Positions 1 through 7,853 of a stretch of 64,000 nucleotides of DNA are shown here, one piece after another. This DNA is from an uncultured Verrucomicrobiota bacterium (GTDB lineage Bacteria; Verrucomicrobiota; Kiritimatiellia; RFP12; UBA1067), in NCBI GenBank assembly GCA_946613265.1, contig CAMOFK010000003.1:24790-88789 (forward strand). The letters are read 5' to 3'. The notes beneath the pieces are model-generated. The model was not told where the DNA came from, did not search any database, and saw nothing but the letters and a program-made list of their open reading frames with translations. How positions within the stretch are numbered: position 1 is the first letter of the stretch; every line of letters starts with the position of its first letter. A program made the translations under genes and the position numbers.

Positions 1-795
1 GCGCTTCCCGGCGCGCTCGCCGGTGATCACGACGGAAGAGCCTCCGGCGTCGATGTACCCGGTCTTCAGGCCATCGACTTCCTGGACTTTCACGCCGCGC
101 CGCCAAGAGCGGTAGTCTTTGTTGAGCAGGTTGTTGTGGTTCGAAATCGCGACTTCCACGCCCTTCGAACCGGCTACTTTCGCATACGGCAGCGACGTGT
201 ATTCGAGAAGCTGCGGCTGTTCGGAAACTATCGCCGCGCCCAGCTTCGCGAGATCCGCCGCCGTGGATTTGTCGAATCCTCTGGCGGAGCCGCGCGGCGG
301 AGGAAGGCCGTTTGGCGATGCATATACCGTGGAAGTCATGCCCAGGAGGCGCGCTTCCTCGTTCATGCGCTCCACAAACGCCTCTACCGAGCCGGCGACG
401 CATTCGGCTATCGCCATGGAAATATCATTGGCGCTCTTGAGCATTATCGCCTTCAAGGCATCGTCGATCGACATCGACTCGCCCGGCAGCAGGCCTATCC
501 GCGAAGGCTCTTCGCGCGCGGAGCGCTTGGATTGCACGATCCTCGCGTCTCTGGCGATCTTCCCTTCGGCGACCGCTTTCAGCAGCAGCCGCGCCGTCAT
601 CAACTTCGTGCACGAAGCGGGATAGCACTCGCGATCGGCGGCGTCCGAACAAAGCACGTGGCCGTTCGACGCATCTATGGCTATGGCGCCGACATACGGA
701 GAGCGGCGGTGCTCCAGCTGCGCGGCGTCCGCAACCGCCGGCGCAAGCATTGCCGCGGCCAACGCCGCGGCGCAGATTATGCGTACCTTGAACAT
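1..795 (-). CDS. D-alanyl-D-alanine carboxypeptidase (S11 serine peptidase), C-terminal part cut by window edge
   Basis: Absent from the ORF track because it runs off the window. ATG at 795 on the minus strand, frame open to nt 1. Translation starts MFKVRIICAAALAAAMLAPAVADA (signal peptide) and contains YPASCTKLMTA (SxxK active-site motif). Confidence 0.75.
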   Translation of the reverse strand, partial: MFKVRIICAAALAAAMLAPAVADAAQLEHRRSPYVGAIAIDASNGHVLCSDAADRECYPASCTKLMTARLLLKAVAEGKIARDARIVQSKRSAREEPSRIGLLPGESMSIDDALKAIMLKSANDISMAIAECVAGSVEAFVERMNEEARLLGMTSTVYASPNGLPPPRGSARGFDKSTAADLAKLGAAIVSEQPQLLEYTSLPYAKVAGSKGVEVAISNHNNLLNKDYRSWRRGVKVQEVDGLKTGYIDAGGSSVVITGERAGKR

Positions 796-950
796 TTACA
801 ATTGAATATCTGTGTCTTCAAAGCCCGGCGCGCTTCGCCGGCGATAGGGCGCGGGGGATCCCGGCATGTCGCGCCGCGGCAGCCGCCGGTGGACGCCGCG
901 GACCTTGCGAACGCGGCAGACGCCAGGCGGCGGCGGCAAAGCGCCGCTGG

Positions 951-1784
951 CTATTTGACGAACGACCTTGTCTGCTTGACGAGCACGCGCCACAATGCCG
1001 CAGGCGTCTGCGCCTCGCGCATCGCCTCCAGCGCGTCTCCCTTCTTGAACGCGCTCACCATGTCCGCGAGCAGCCGCAGATAGAATGCGGAGACCGCCAC
1101 AGGAATGGCAGAAAGCACTACGACCTGGACTTTGTTCTTGCCGTCCCAGTCGATCGGCTCTTTGCATACGCCCACGGCGAACGTCAAGCCGCCGCCCTCC
1201 ACGCCGCGCACGTGCGGGAAAGCGAGCGCGCTGCCTTCCATCGCCGTTGTCAAAATCGCCTCGCGCTCGAGCGCCGCGCGCGTCAGCGCCTCCGCGCTGG
1301 ATATGTAATGGCCCTTTTCAAGCGCCGCGGAAAGCATCGCTATCGCCTCTTCGCGCGTCCGCGCCTCGAGCGCGGGGATCATCAATTCTTCCGCGCTGAA
1401 GCGCGAGACGCCGGTGCGCACGTCGTCGCGATCCGGCTTTTCGGTCACGTTGCGCACTGTGTCGGCGTCGTCGGCGAAGAGGATTCTCCCGCAGCTCGAG
1501 CATGTCACGAGATGCTGGCCGAGGCGCACTTGCTGCGCCTGCGCAATCGGCACCTGCATGCCGCAGACGGCGCAATTGCCGTCCGTCATCGCAGACATGA
1601 CGATCAGGCTGCGCTTGGAGAGCCGCTCGTAGATGCCTGCGACTTGCGGGTTGAGCTGGTCGCGGAGCGCGAAAATCTGGTCGTTGAGATCGTCGATCTT
1701 GCTGCCGTCGCCGGTCTTGTGGTGTTCCTCGCGGATGAGCACCAGCTCCTGTATCTGGCGCAAAATGTTCAACTGCCCCTTCAT
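951..1784 (-). CDS. Zinc-ribbon/coiled-coil domain fused to PTS EIIA-2 (PtsN-like) domain protein
   Basis: ORF 951-2222 trimmed to ATG 1784 (ATGA overlap with upstream stop). The N-terminus has a coiled coil plus CAVCG...CSSCG. The C-terminus (AFPHVRGVEGGG...VVVLSAIP) resembles the EIIA(Ntr) fold with its His. Confidence 0.6.
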   Translation of the reverse strand: MKGQLNILRQIQELVLIREEHHKTGDGSKIDDLNDQIFALRDQLNPQVAGIYERLSKRSLIVMSAMTDGNCAVCGMQVPIAQAQQVRLGQHLVTCSSCGRILFADDADTVRNVTEKPDRDDVRTGVSRFSAEELMIPALEARTREEAIAMLSAALEKGHYISSAEALTRAALEREAILTTAMEGSALAFPHVRGVEGGGLTFAVGVCKEPIDWDGKNKVQVVVLSAIPVAVSAFYLRLLADMVSAFKKGDALEAMREAQTPAALWRVLVKQTRSFVK

Positions 1785-2152
1785 GCCTGCATCTCCTTCT
1801 CCTGGGTGTACGAGCGGATCTTGTCCAAGGTTTCTGCTGAAAGTATGTGTTCCATCAAGCATGCGTCCTTGTCGGCCGTCTTCGCGCTGACGCCGAGCTT
1901 TACAAGGAACGTCCTGATGAGGTTGTGACGGTTGAGAACCGAGCCGGCCGCGCGGCGCCCCGCGGCCGTCAAGACTATCGGTCCGTATGGCTCCTGGCTG
2001 ACAAGCTCGAGCTTCTTCAGTTCGTGGATCGCCTTGACGACGCTTGGCATCTTCACGTTGAGGCGGAAGGCGACATCGCGAACGCATGCGTTGCCCACCT
2101 CCTTGGAGATGACATATATCGCCTCGAGATAATCTTCGAGACTCTGGGTCAT
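1781..2152 (-). CDS. DtxR/MntR-family metal-dependent transcriptional regulator
   Basis: ORF 1781-2305 trimmed to ATG 2152. MTQSLEDYLEAIY...VRDVAFRLNVKMPSVVKAIHELKKLELV matches the MntR/DtxR N-terminal wHTH. Alternative start at 2176. Confidence 0.75.
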   Translation of the reverse strand: MTQSLEDYLEAIYVISKEVGNACVRDVAFRLNVKMPSVVKAIHELKKLELVSQEPYGPIVLTAAGRRAAGSVLNRHNLIRTFLVKLGVSAKTADKDACLMEHILSAETLDKIRSYTQEKEMQA

Positions 2153-2301
2153 TTGCTGGCCTGGAGCTGTTTTCATGGCGAAGGACGGCATATGGCGTTT
2201 GGTGGAAGATTGCGCCGGACATCTCCGGCGCGCGGCTCGAACTGTTGTTTGGTGCGTGCGTGGCGAATGCCTTTCTGCCGTTCGCCGTCGAATTTGTCCT
2301 G

Positions 2302-3372
2302 TCACTTTCCGAAGGGGCTGGTCTTCTTCATCAGATGCGAGAACTTCACCGCATCCATCGCGTCCTCCAGCGTGAGCGGGAACTGCGCCGCGACGCGCAC
2401 GGTCTCGTAGATGCGCTCCCAGAACGCGCTCAGCCCATGATGCGTCGAAGGCGCGAGCGAGACGGGGAATCTCGCGACGGGGATGTCTTCATGCATATCG
2501 GCTATGCCGGGAGTGCGCACGCTGGAGCGCCGGCGCGAGAACTTGTAGTCGGGATCGATCACGACCAGCTCGCCCTTGGAGCAGCCGGGCTGCACTCTGA
2601 AAACCCCGCGATCGCCGCGCAGTTCGAAAGACGGCCCGCGGTTTTCAGGCAGCACGCCGCCGTTGAACTCTATCTCCGCGGAAACATGCGAGCGCGTCTT
2701 CAGCGAAACGTGGGCGAAATCCTCGGCATCCCCGAGCGACGCCACACGTTTCAAGTCGCTCCACATCTGCACGGGCGGACCGGGCAGAAGCTTCAGCGCC
2801 TGGAGGACGAGATCGGGCATCGCGTAGTACGCGGCGCCGCCGCCTAGCCGCTTCACGGTCTGCCAATCGTCGCGGCGCACGAAATCTTCGCAGCGAATGC
2901 GGATTTCATAGATGTCGCCAAGGCGCGGCTCGGACATCATCTGCCGGGCGAGAAGAAAGTCGGGCGCGAAAAATCCACGCTGCACCACGAGCAGGCGGTT
3001 CTTCGCCTTCTGGGCGGCGCCGCGCAGAATCTGCATATCGTCCGGAGAAAGCGCGACGGGCGATTCCACGAGCGTCCACACGCCTCTTTCCAGGCTCTTC
3101 ATGGCGTGTTCGACATGGTCGCGCGAGCATGTCGCGACGACGACGAGATCGATATCAGGCTCGTCGAGCATGTCGCCGTACTGGCGGAACATCTTGCAGT
3201 CCGGGAAATCCGCCTCTATCCTGTCGCGCCGCTCCTTTACTATGTCGCAAGCGGCGACGATTTTGAACAGCGCGCTATGTTCGCGGAGTATGGGATAGTG
3301 TTCACAGAAGAGTGCGCGCCCCAAACCCATGAGCGCAACTCTGATCGGCGGCCGGTGGAACTCTGCGCTCAT
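2302..3372 (-). CDS. Gfo/Idh/MocA-family oxidoreductase
   Basis: ORF 2302-3807 trimmed to ATG 3372 (ATGA overlap with nrdR stop). Has the PIRVALMGLGRA Rossmann N-terminus and the typical family length of 356 aa. Confidence 0.65.
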   Translation of the reverse strand: MSAEFHRPPIRVALMGLGRALFCEHYPILREHSALFKIVAACDIVKERRDRIEADFPDCKMFRQYGDMLDEPDIDLVVVATCSRDHVEHAMKSLERGVWTLVESPVALSPDDMQILRGAAQKAKNRLLVVQRGFFAPDFLLARQMMSEPRLGDIYEIRIRCEDFVRRDDWQTVKRLGGGAAYYAMPDLVLQALKLLPGPPVQMWSDLKRVASLGDAEDFAHVSLKTRSHVSAEIEFNGGVLPENRGPSFELRGDRGVFRVQPGCSKGELVVIDPDYKFSRRRSSVRTPGIADMHEDIPVARFPVSLAPSTHHGLSAFWERIYETVRVAAQFPLTLEDAMDAVKFSHLMKKTSPFGK

Positions 3373-3812
3373 TTCTTCACTATCTCCGTTATCACCGACA
3401 GGAACTGCGCGACATCGGTGAATTTTCGATATACGCTCGCGAAACGTATATAGGCTACTTCGTCTGTCTTGTGGAGCTGATCCATGACCAGCTCGGCGAT
3501 GCGGTCGCTGCCGATTTCGCCAGGTTCGAGGGCGTTGACGACATTGTCTATCATCGTCCTGATTTGATCGTCGCTGATCGGACGCTTGCCGCACGCGCGG
3601 CGTATCGACGCGTCGATTTTCTGCCTGTCGAAAATCTGGCGCTTGCCCGTGCGCTTCACGACGATGAGTTCGTCTCTCTCCACTTCCTCGTAGGTGGTGA
3701 AGCGATGCCCGCATCCAAGGCACTCGCGACGGCGGCGTATCGCCGCGCCATCGCGCGCCGTCCGGGAATCTAGAACCTTGTCGCCGGTCTGGCCGCAATT
3801 CGGGCACTTCAC
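3369..3812 (-). CDS. nrdR: Transcriptional repressor NrdR
   Basis: GTG at 3812 (GTGA overlap with rnfE stop). VKCPNCGQTGDKVLDSR...IRRRRECLGCGHRFTTYE zinc ribbon followed by an ATP-cone. Confidence 0.9.
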   Translation of the reverse strand: MKCPNCGQTGDKVLDSRTARDGAAIRRRRECLGCGHRFTTYEEVERDELIVVKRTGKRQIFDRQKIDASIRRACGKRPISDDQIRTMIDNVVNALEPGEIGSDRIAELVMDQLHKTDEVAYIRFASVYRKFTDVAQFLSVITEIVKK

Positions 3813-4534
3813 TTTTTCATCTCCGTGGCAGGTGCGGGGGCCGTCGCGGCCGCCGCAGGCTTGCCGGCCGGGCACAGCGTGCAATGGCGGCAATCGAGGT
3901 TGATGGGAAGCGGCGCGCTCGCGCCGTGCCGCCGGGCGTTCCATTCTCCGATTCTATTTATCGCCGCGAGGAGGAGGCCAAGCGTGATGAAGCCGCCGGC
4001 CGGCAGGATCGCCAGCGTCACCGCGCCGGGATTTATGCCTTTCACGGCGACATCCCCCCAGACCGTCAGCGATCCGGAGCCGACGATTTCGCGCACGGTC
4101 GCGACGAGCGAGAGCGAAAGCGTGAAGCCGACGCCGGAACCGATGCCGTCGGCGATAGAGTCGAGGACGCCATTGCGGCTTGCGAAAGCTTCGGCGCGCC
4201 CGAGGATTATGCAGTTCACGACAATCAGCGGGATAAAGATGCCGAGGCTCTCCGAAAGCGCCGGCAGATATGCCTGCATAAGCAGATCGATCGCTGTCAC
4301 GAACGTCGCGATTATAACGATATAGCACGGGATGTGGACGGCGGAGGGAATCACATTGCGCAGCGCGGAGACGAGCGCGTTGGACGCCACCAGCACGAAT
4401 GTCGCCGCCATGCCCATGCCCAGCGCGTTCTCCAGACTCGTCGTCACTGCGAGCGTGGGACACAACCCAAGAACCAGTCTGAAAATGGGATTATTCTTGA
4501 AAATCCCGCTCCAGAGTATGTACAGTCTCCTCAT
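3809..4534 (-). CDS. rnfE: RnfE/NqrD-type electron-transport complex membrane subunit, orphan, with Cys-rich C-terminal tail
   Basis: ORF 3809-4582 trimmed to ATG 4534. LGLCPTLAVTTSLENALGMG...IPLIVVNCIILGRAEAFASRN is the hallmark RnfE/NqrD core. Confidence 0.8.
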   Translation of the reverse strand: MRRLYILWSGIFKNNPIFRLVLGLCPTLAVTTSLENALGMGMAATFVLVASNALVSALRNVIPSAVHIPCYIVIIATFVTAIDLLMQAYLPALSESLGIFIPLIVVNCIILGRAEAFASRNGVLDSIADGIGSGVGFTLSLSLVATVREIVGSGSLTVWGDVAVKGINPGAVTLAILPAGGFITLGLLLAAINRIGEWNARRHGASAPLPINLDCRHCTLCPAGKPAAAATAPAPATEMKK

Positions 4535-4544
4535 AACAAAGCGT

Positions 4545-4552
4545 ATTATACA
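4545..4552 (-). promoter_or_regulatory. Extended -10 promoter element (TGTATAAT) upstream of rnfE
   Basis: The minus strand reads TGTATAAT. The hexamer ends 10 nt before ATG 4534. Confidence 0.4.
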
Positions 4553-4890
4553 CTCTTTCGGGTGCGAATGCAAGGGCACCAAGCGTATTTTTCAAGTTTT
4601 TCAACCTCCCCCCGCCAGGCCATTCAGGGCGTTTCTTGCGTCCCCGCCGCCTGGTATCCCGCGCGTCGGCGCTCTCGCATTCGCATTCGAACGCCGCCTC
4701 GCGGCGGCGGGAAACCGGGCGCAAATCCACAAAATCGCAAACCGAACCCAAGCGTCGCAGTTGAAAGGCCGCAATCGCGATTGCGACCTTATGAGAAAAA
4801 CGGGCTGCAAATGTGCAGACAATCTCGGCTCTTGGGGGCGACTGCGCCTTGCCGAAACCGCAATTTTCACCTCCTTTGACGCTTGTTCCG

Positions 4891-5037
4891 GCGACTCCGG
4901 TCGCACGGCAAGGCGACTCCAGTCGCGAGCCAAAGCGACTCCGGTCGCGAGGCAAGGCGACTCCAGTCGCGAGCCAAAGCGACTCCAGTCGCGAAGCAAG
5001 GCGACTCCAGTCGCAAAAAGGGATGACTCTAGCCGTC
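4891..5037. repeat. Tandem array, 22-bp period, 6 good + 1 degenerate units of palindrome GCGACTCCAGTCGC plus 8-nt spacer
   Basis: Units start at 4891, 4913, 4935, 4957, 4979, 5001 and 5023. Spacers are ACGGCAAG/GAGCCAAA/GAGGCAAG/GAAGCAAG. Confidence 0.95.
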
Positions 5038-5441
5038 AAGCATCGTGAACATGACCACACCAGATAGCGTTCGGGCGAAGCGGCCAAACCGAATCTTTGG
5101 AACTTTGCGTTTTCCACAGCACCCTCCCGTAACCACGTGCGCCCGCAAAAAGCTCCGACGGGGTGGTACAATACCGAATATCGCAGCGTGAACGTTGTCC
5201 GAAGCGTCGCAATCGACGCCAAACAGCGGCGACAGCACATTGTCGCCTACGCATTCCGCGAATTCGGCGCAATCCGGCAGTTGTTTCTTCCAGTTATCGG
5301 CAGCAAGACGCCCATGTCACTCGCCTGAAACGCCAATTCAACGGCATCGCAGCCATTCCTGCCCGGCAACTTTGGCTGACGGGCAGATGCGCTATTGACT
5401 TCAATTGCGATTTTCCGGCTAAAGAAAAAAGTCGCGGGCAC

Positions 5442-5471
5442 TTGCACGACATGAAGAAAATATGCTATACT
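5442..5471 (+). promoter_or_regulatory. Putative sigma70-type promoter of the tRNA cluster
   Basis: TTGCAC (5442-5447), then an 18-nt spacer, then TGcTATACT (5463-5471), about 20 nt upstream of tRNA-Gly. Confidence 0.5.
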
Positions 5472-5491
5472 ATGCGCCGTTCGTTTGCGAA

Positions 5492-5565
5492 GCGGGCGTA
5501 GCTCAATGGCAGAGCTCCAGCCTTCCAAGCTGGCTACGAGGGTTCGATTCCCTTCGCCCGCTCCA
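5492..5565 (+). tRNA. tRNA-Gly (anticodon UCC)
   Basis: Cloverleaf folded by hand: acceptor GCGGGCG/CGCCCGC, anticodon loop CTTCCAA, T-loop TTCGATT, encoded CCA. Confidence 0.9.
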
Positions 5566-5572
5566 CGGGCGG

Positions 5573-5658
5573 GCCAGAGTGGCGTAATGGCAGCCGCGGC
5601 AGACTCAAAATCTGTTGCCCGCGAGGGCGTGAGGGTTCGAGTCCCTCCTCTGGCACCA
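5573..5658 (+). tRNA. tRNA-Leu (anticodon CAA)
   Basis: Acceptor GCCAGAG/CTCTGGC, anticodon loop CTCAAAA, long variable arm, T-loop TTCGAGT, encoded CCA. Confidence 0.85.
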
Positions 5659-5684
5659 GACGCGAGGCAGACGGCAAAACTACT

Positions 5685-5774
5685 GGAGGGGTGTCCGAGT
5701 GGTCGATGGTGCAACCTTGGAAAGGTTGTGTGGGCGCAAGTCCACCGGGGGTTCGAATCCCCCCCCCTCCGCCA
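5685..5774 (+). tRNA. tRNA-Ser (anticodon GGA)
   Basis: Acceptor GGAGGGG/CCCCTCC, anticodon loop TTGGAAA, long variable arm, T-loop TTCGAAT, encoded CCA. Confidence 0.85.
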
Positions 5775-6532
5775 GTTGAAAACAGTTGCCCTTTTTCGGG
5801 GCCGCAAGGCGGGCGCAAGACGAGCGTCCGTTTTTTGTTTGCCGTGTCGCAGGCGCTCAGCGGAAGCCGAGAATTTTGTGGAGCTGCACGGAAAGCGACC
5901 AGTCCGGCAAAAGCGCCAGCGCGGCTTTCGCGCCGGCGAAATCGATTTCGCCGGCGCGCTCGCATGGCGAAACGTAGTAGTCGCCGGCGCTGATTCTCGC
6001 GCGCATGCGGCGGCAAAATGCGGCTGTCTGCTCCGGCGGCGCCGATGCCACGACGCGGACTTCGCCGGCGACCGCAATCCGCACCGAGCTTTCATACTCG
6101 ATTTTCGGCGAGCATGCAATGTAATCGACGAATGCAAGCCACGGCGCGTCGTCGATGGAGCGCGTGCCGTTTGTCTCGACGGCGATCCAGAAGCCGCGCT
6201 TCTTGAGTTCGGCGACGAGGCGATCCATGCCTTGCACGATCGTCGGCTCCCCGCCGGTCAGAATGACATTGCGGCACGAAAAGGACGAAATCTCGTCCAC
6301 AAGGCTTTCTAGGGACGCCGCGAAGCGCGCCTCTGCGGCGGTGTCGCACCACGCGCATGAAAGATTGCAGCCGGCGAAGCGCACGAATACGCACTGCCGG
6401 CCGGTGTTCCGCCCCTCTCCCTGGAGAGACTTGAAAATCTCGACGAGTTTGAATTCCATCGCCCGCCGCGCGCTCACTCGAAGCCCAGGACGTTGCGCAT
6501 CGTGTATATCCCGCACGCGCGACCCTTCGCCC
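5752..6532. repeat. 781-bp direct repeat, copy 1 (tRNA-Ser 3' end + queE + last 19 codons of dapB)
   Basis: Matches 9108-9888 at a constant offset of 3356 bp. I see only 2 mismatches (5775 G/A and 6522 A/C). Confidence 0.95.
5857..6459 (-). CDS. queE: 7-carboxy-7-deazaguanine synthase QueE (radical SAM), copy 1
   Basis: MEFKLVEIFKSLQGEGRNTGRQCVFVRFAGCNLSCAWCDT. The protein is identical to copy 2. Confidence 0.8.
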   Translation of the reverse strand: MEFKLVEIFKSLQGEGRNTGRQCVFVRFAGCNLSCAWCDTAAEARFAASLESLVDEISSFSCRNVILTGGEPTIVQGMDRLVAELKKRGFWIAVETNGTRSIDDAPWLAFVDYIACSPKIEYESSVRIAVAGEVRVVASAPPEQTAAFCRRMRARISAGDYYVSPCERAGEIDFAGAKAALALLPDWSLSVQLHKILGFR

Positions 6533-7061
6533 CCTCCGGCACGCTGATCTCGTCGGCATCTGACTTCAGCACCCAGCGGCGGAATGTCGAGTGGCTCTCT
6601 TTCGCAGCCGTCATCTCGTGGATATTGCCGGTCGCAACCCGGTAGCTTTTCTGCGCACATTGCTCAAGGACAAGCTTCGCGAGTTCGTTGGACATCGTCT
6701 GGTGCTTCTCCAACCCGCACATGAGCGCCAACGGCACGAAGATCTTTCCGCAATGCTTGCACTTCACGCGCGTGATTCTCGGCAGTTCGACGAGGCCAAG
6801 GCGCGTGCGAATCTTGCGCGGCATGCCCCCGTCGAGGATGAGGTCGGGATGCTCGCAGGTGCAGCCGCATTTCTCTGGCAACGGTTGCTTGAGCATGACT
6901 TTCAGTCTGAGGTTCTCGTCGACGAGAAGAACAATGGTCTTCAGCAGCTGGGGAAACGCCTTCTTGTTCGCAAGCTCCTCCATGCGATAAATGAACTCGT
7001 CCAGGCCGAAGCCATTTTCCGATAGCGAAACGATCAAAGATGTGGTAATATTATACTGCAT
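6474..7061 (-). pseudogene. ISLre2/UPF0236-like transposase, N-terminal ~176 codons fused in frame to the duplicated dapB 3' stub
   Basis: RKIRTRLGLVELPRITRVKCKHCGKIFVPLALMCGLEKHQTMSNELAKLV...SYRVATGNIHEMT follows the UPF0236 N-terminal pattern. The last 18 aa (AKGRACGIYTMRNVLGFE) equal the DapB C-terminus. Confidence 0.5.
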
Positions 7062-7162
7062 TTTTGGGATCCTCCTGTGTGGTAACAAGAGCATCTCAAA
7101 AATGCTTTCCTTTTTCAAGCCCCAGGAGCTGTTATTCAGCCAGAACATATGTCATTTTCCTG

Positions 7163-7192
7163 GACCTTCATCCCAGACTTTGCCACATTATC
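7163..7192. repeat. 30-bp putative IS terminal repeat (GACCTTCATCCCAGACTTTGCCACATTATC), copy 1
   Basis: Perfect match to 22895-22924. Lies about 100 bp upstream of the transposase fragment start (7061, minus strand). Confidence 0.8.
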
Positions 7193-7231
7193 TTTTTTAT
7201 ATTTTTCCATTAACCCCCAAACCCAAAAAAA

Positions 7232-7240
7232 TGATATAAT
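7232..7240 (+). promoter_or_regulatory. Extended -10 promoter (TGATATAAT), leaderless arrangement
   Basis: The hexamer ends at 7240 and the ATG is at 7248, exactly 7 nt later. Confidence 0.5.
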
Positions 7241-7247
7241 CCCCATC

Positions 7248-7841
7248 ATGATGCAATTTTCTTTTGATATTTCATACCCGGAATTTATCTCGCGATTGGA
7301 GGAGCTCGCAGCGGAAATCGTCGCGACGGAAGCCTTGCTGCCCGGAAGCATCGCCGTCCGCTCGAATAATGGCAAAACCGTAACCTCCCACTCCGTCTGC
7401 ACCTGCGAGCTGCCATTTCCATGTGCGCCCGGAGACAAACCCGCCGTCAGCAGTATCTTCAATGTTCGCCCGTGCAAGGCGAAAGCCGATGTTGGTCGCG
7501 CCATCCTGAAAATCGCCGATTTCATACATTCCGCCGCCCCCATCCCGCCAGACGCCTCGGAAGAACTCAAAATCCCGAACGCCACGTCTTCTTCACCCTA
7601 CTGGAACGTCAAGGTCAATATGGCATCACCCGATACCATCCCTTATCTCCGCGCCCTCATTCTTTTCCGTCTCGCACACTATCTCTCGGGCGCCGCGCCT
7701 TTCGGCTGCTGCGGCATGTTCAAGGAATGCTCCGACGCCAGACGCTGCATCCACCCAAACCGCCTCTATGCCACATCCTGCGCTTACCGCCACAACCTCG
7801 ACGCCGGTCGCATCTTCTACGGCAAAAACAAAAACACCTAA
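7248..7841 (+). CDS. Hypothetical Cys-rich protein
   Basis: ORF 7149-7841 trimmed to ATG 7248. The C-terminus is FGCCGMFKECSDARRCIHPNRLYATSCAYRHNLDAGRIFYGKN. I recognise no family. Confidence 0.55.
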   Translation: MMQFSFDISYPEFISRLEELAAEIVATEALLPGSIAVRSNNGKTVTSHSVCTCELPFPCAPGDKPAVSSIFNVRPCKAKADVGRAILKIADFIHSAAPIPPDASEELKIPNATSSSPYWNVKVNMASPDTIPYLRALILFRLAHYLSGAAPFGCCGMFKECSDARRCIHPNRLYATSCAYRHNLDAGRIFYGKNKNT

Positions 7842-7853
7842 GGAGCCGCCACC

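Noticed and set aside
2302-3944. Long forms of ORFs 2302-3807 (501 aa), 3369-3944 (191 aa) and 951-2222 (423 aa)
   Set aside because: The N-terminal extensions overlap the upstream genes in other frames and are Arg-rich. Internal starts that create ATGA/GTGA overlaps give proteins that begin where the known families begin (NrdR begins VKCPNCG, MntR begins MTQSLEDYLE).
4770-4785. 16-bp perfect palindrome CGCAATCGCGATTGCG as an operator
   Set aside because: It occurs only once in the window and has no associated regulator, so the evidence is insufficient for a feature call. It is mentioned only as context for the neighbouring array.
4891-5037. The repeat array could be read as a CRISPR locus
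   Set aside because: The period is only 22 bp, with 8-nt spacers that are themselves near-identical. The repeat is a 14-bp perfect palindrome, there are no cas genes nearby, and the second array has the same structure. This is a tandem palindromic repeat, not CRISPR.
5029-5272. Small minus-strand ORFs (69 and 78 aa) ending next to repeat array 1
   Set aside because: It was tempting to pair them with the array, as at locus 2 where an operon ends next to the array. However, the sequences are Arg/Cys-rich noise with no start signals.
5247-6137. 296-aa minus-strand ORF (and 5485-6312 on the plus strand) covering the tRNA cluster
   Set aside because: These ORFs run straight through three well-folded tRNA genes and into queE in another frame, so they are not coding.
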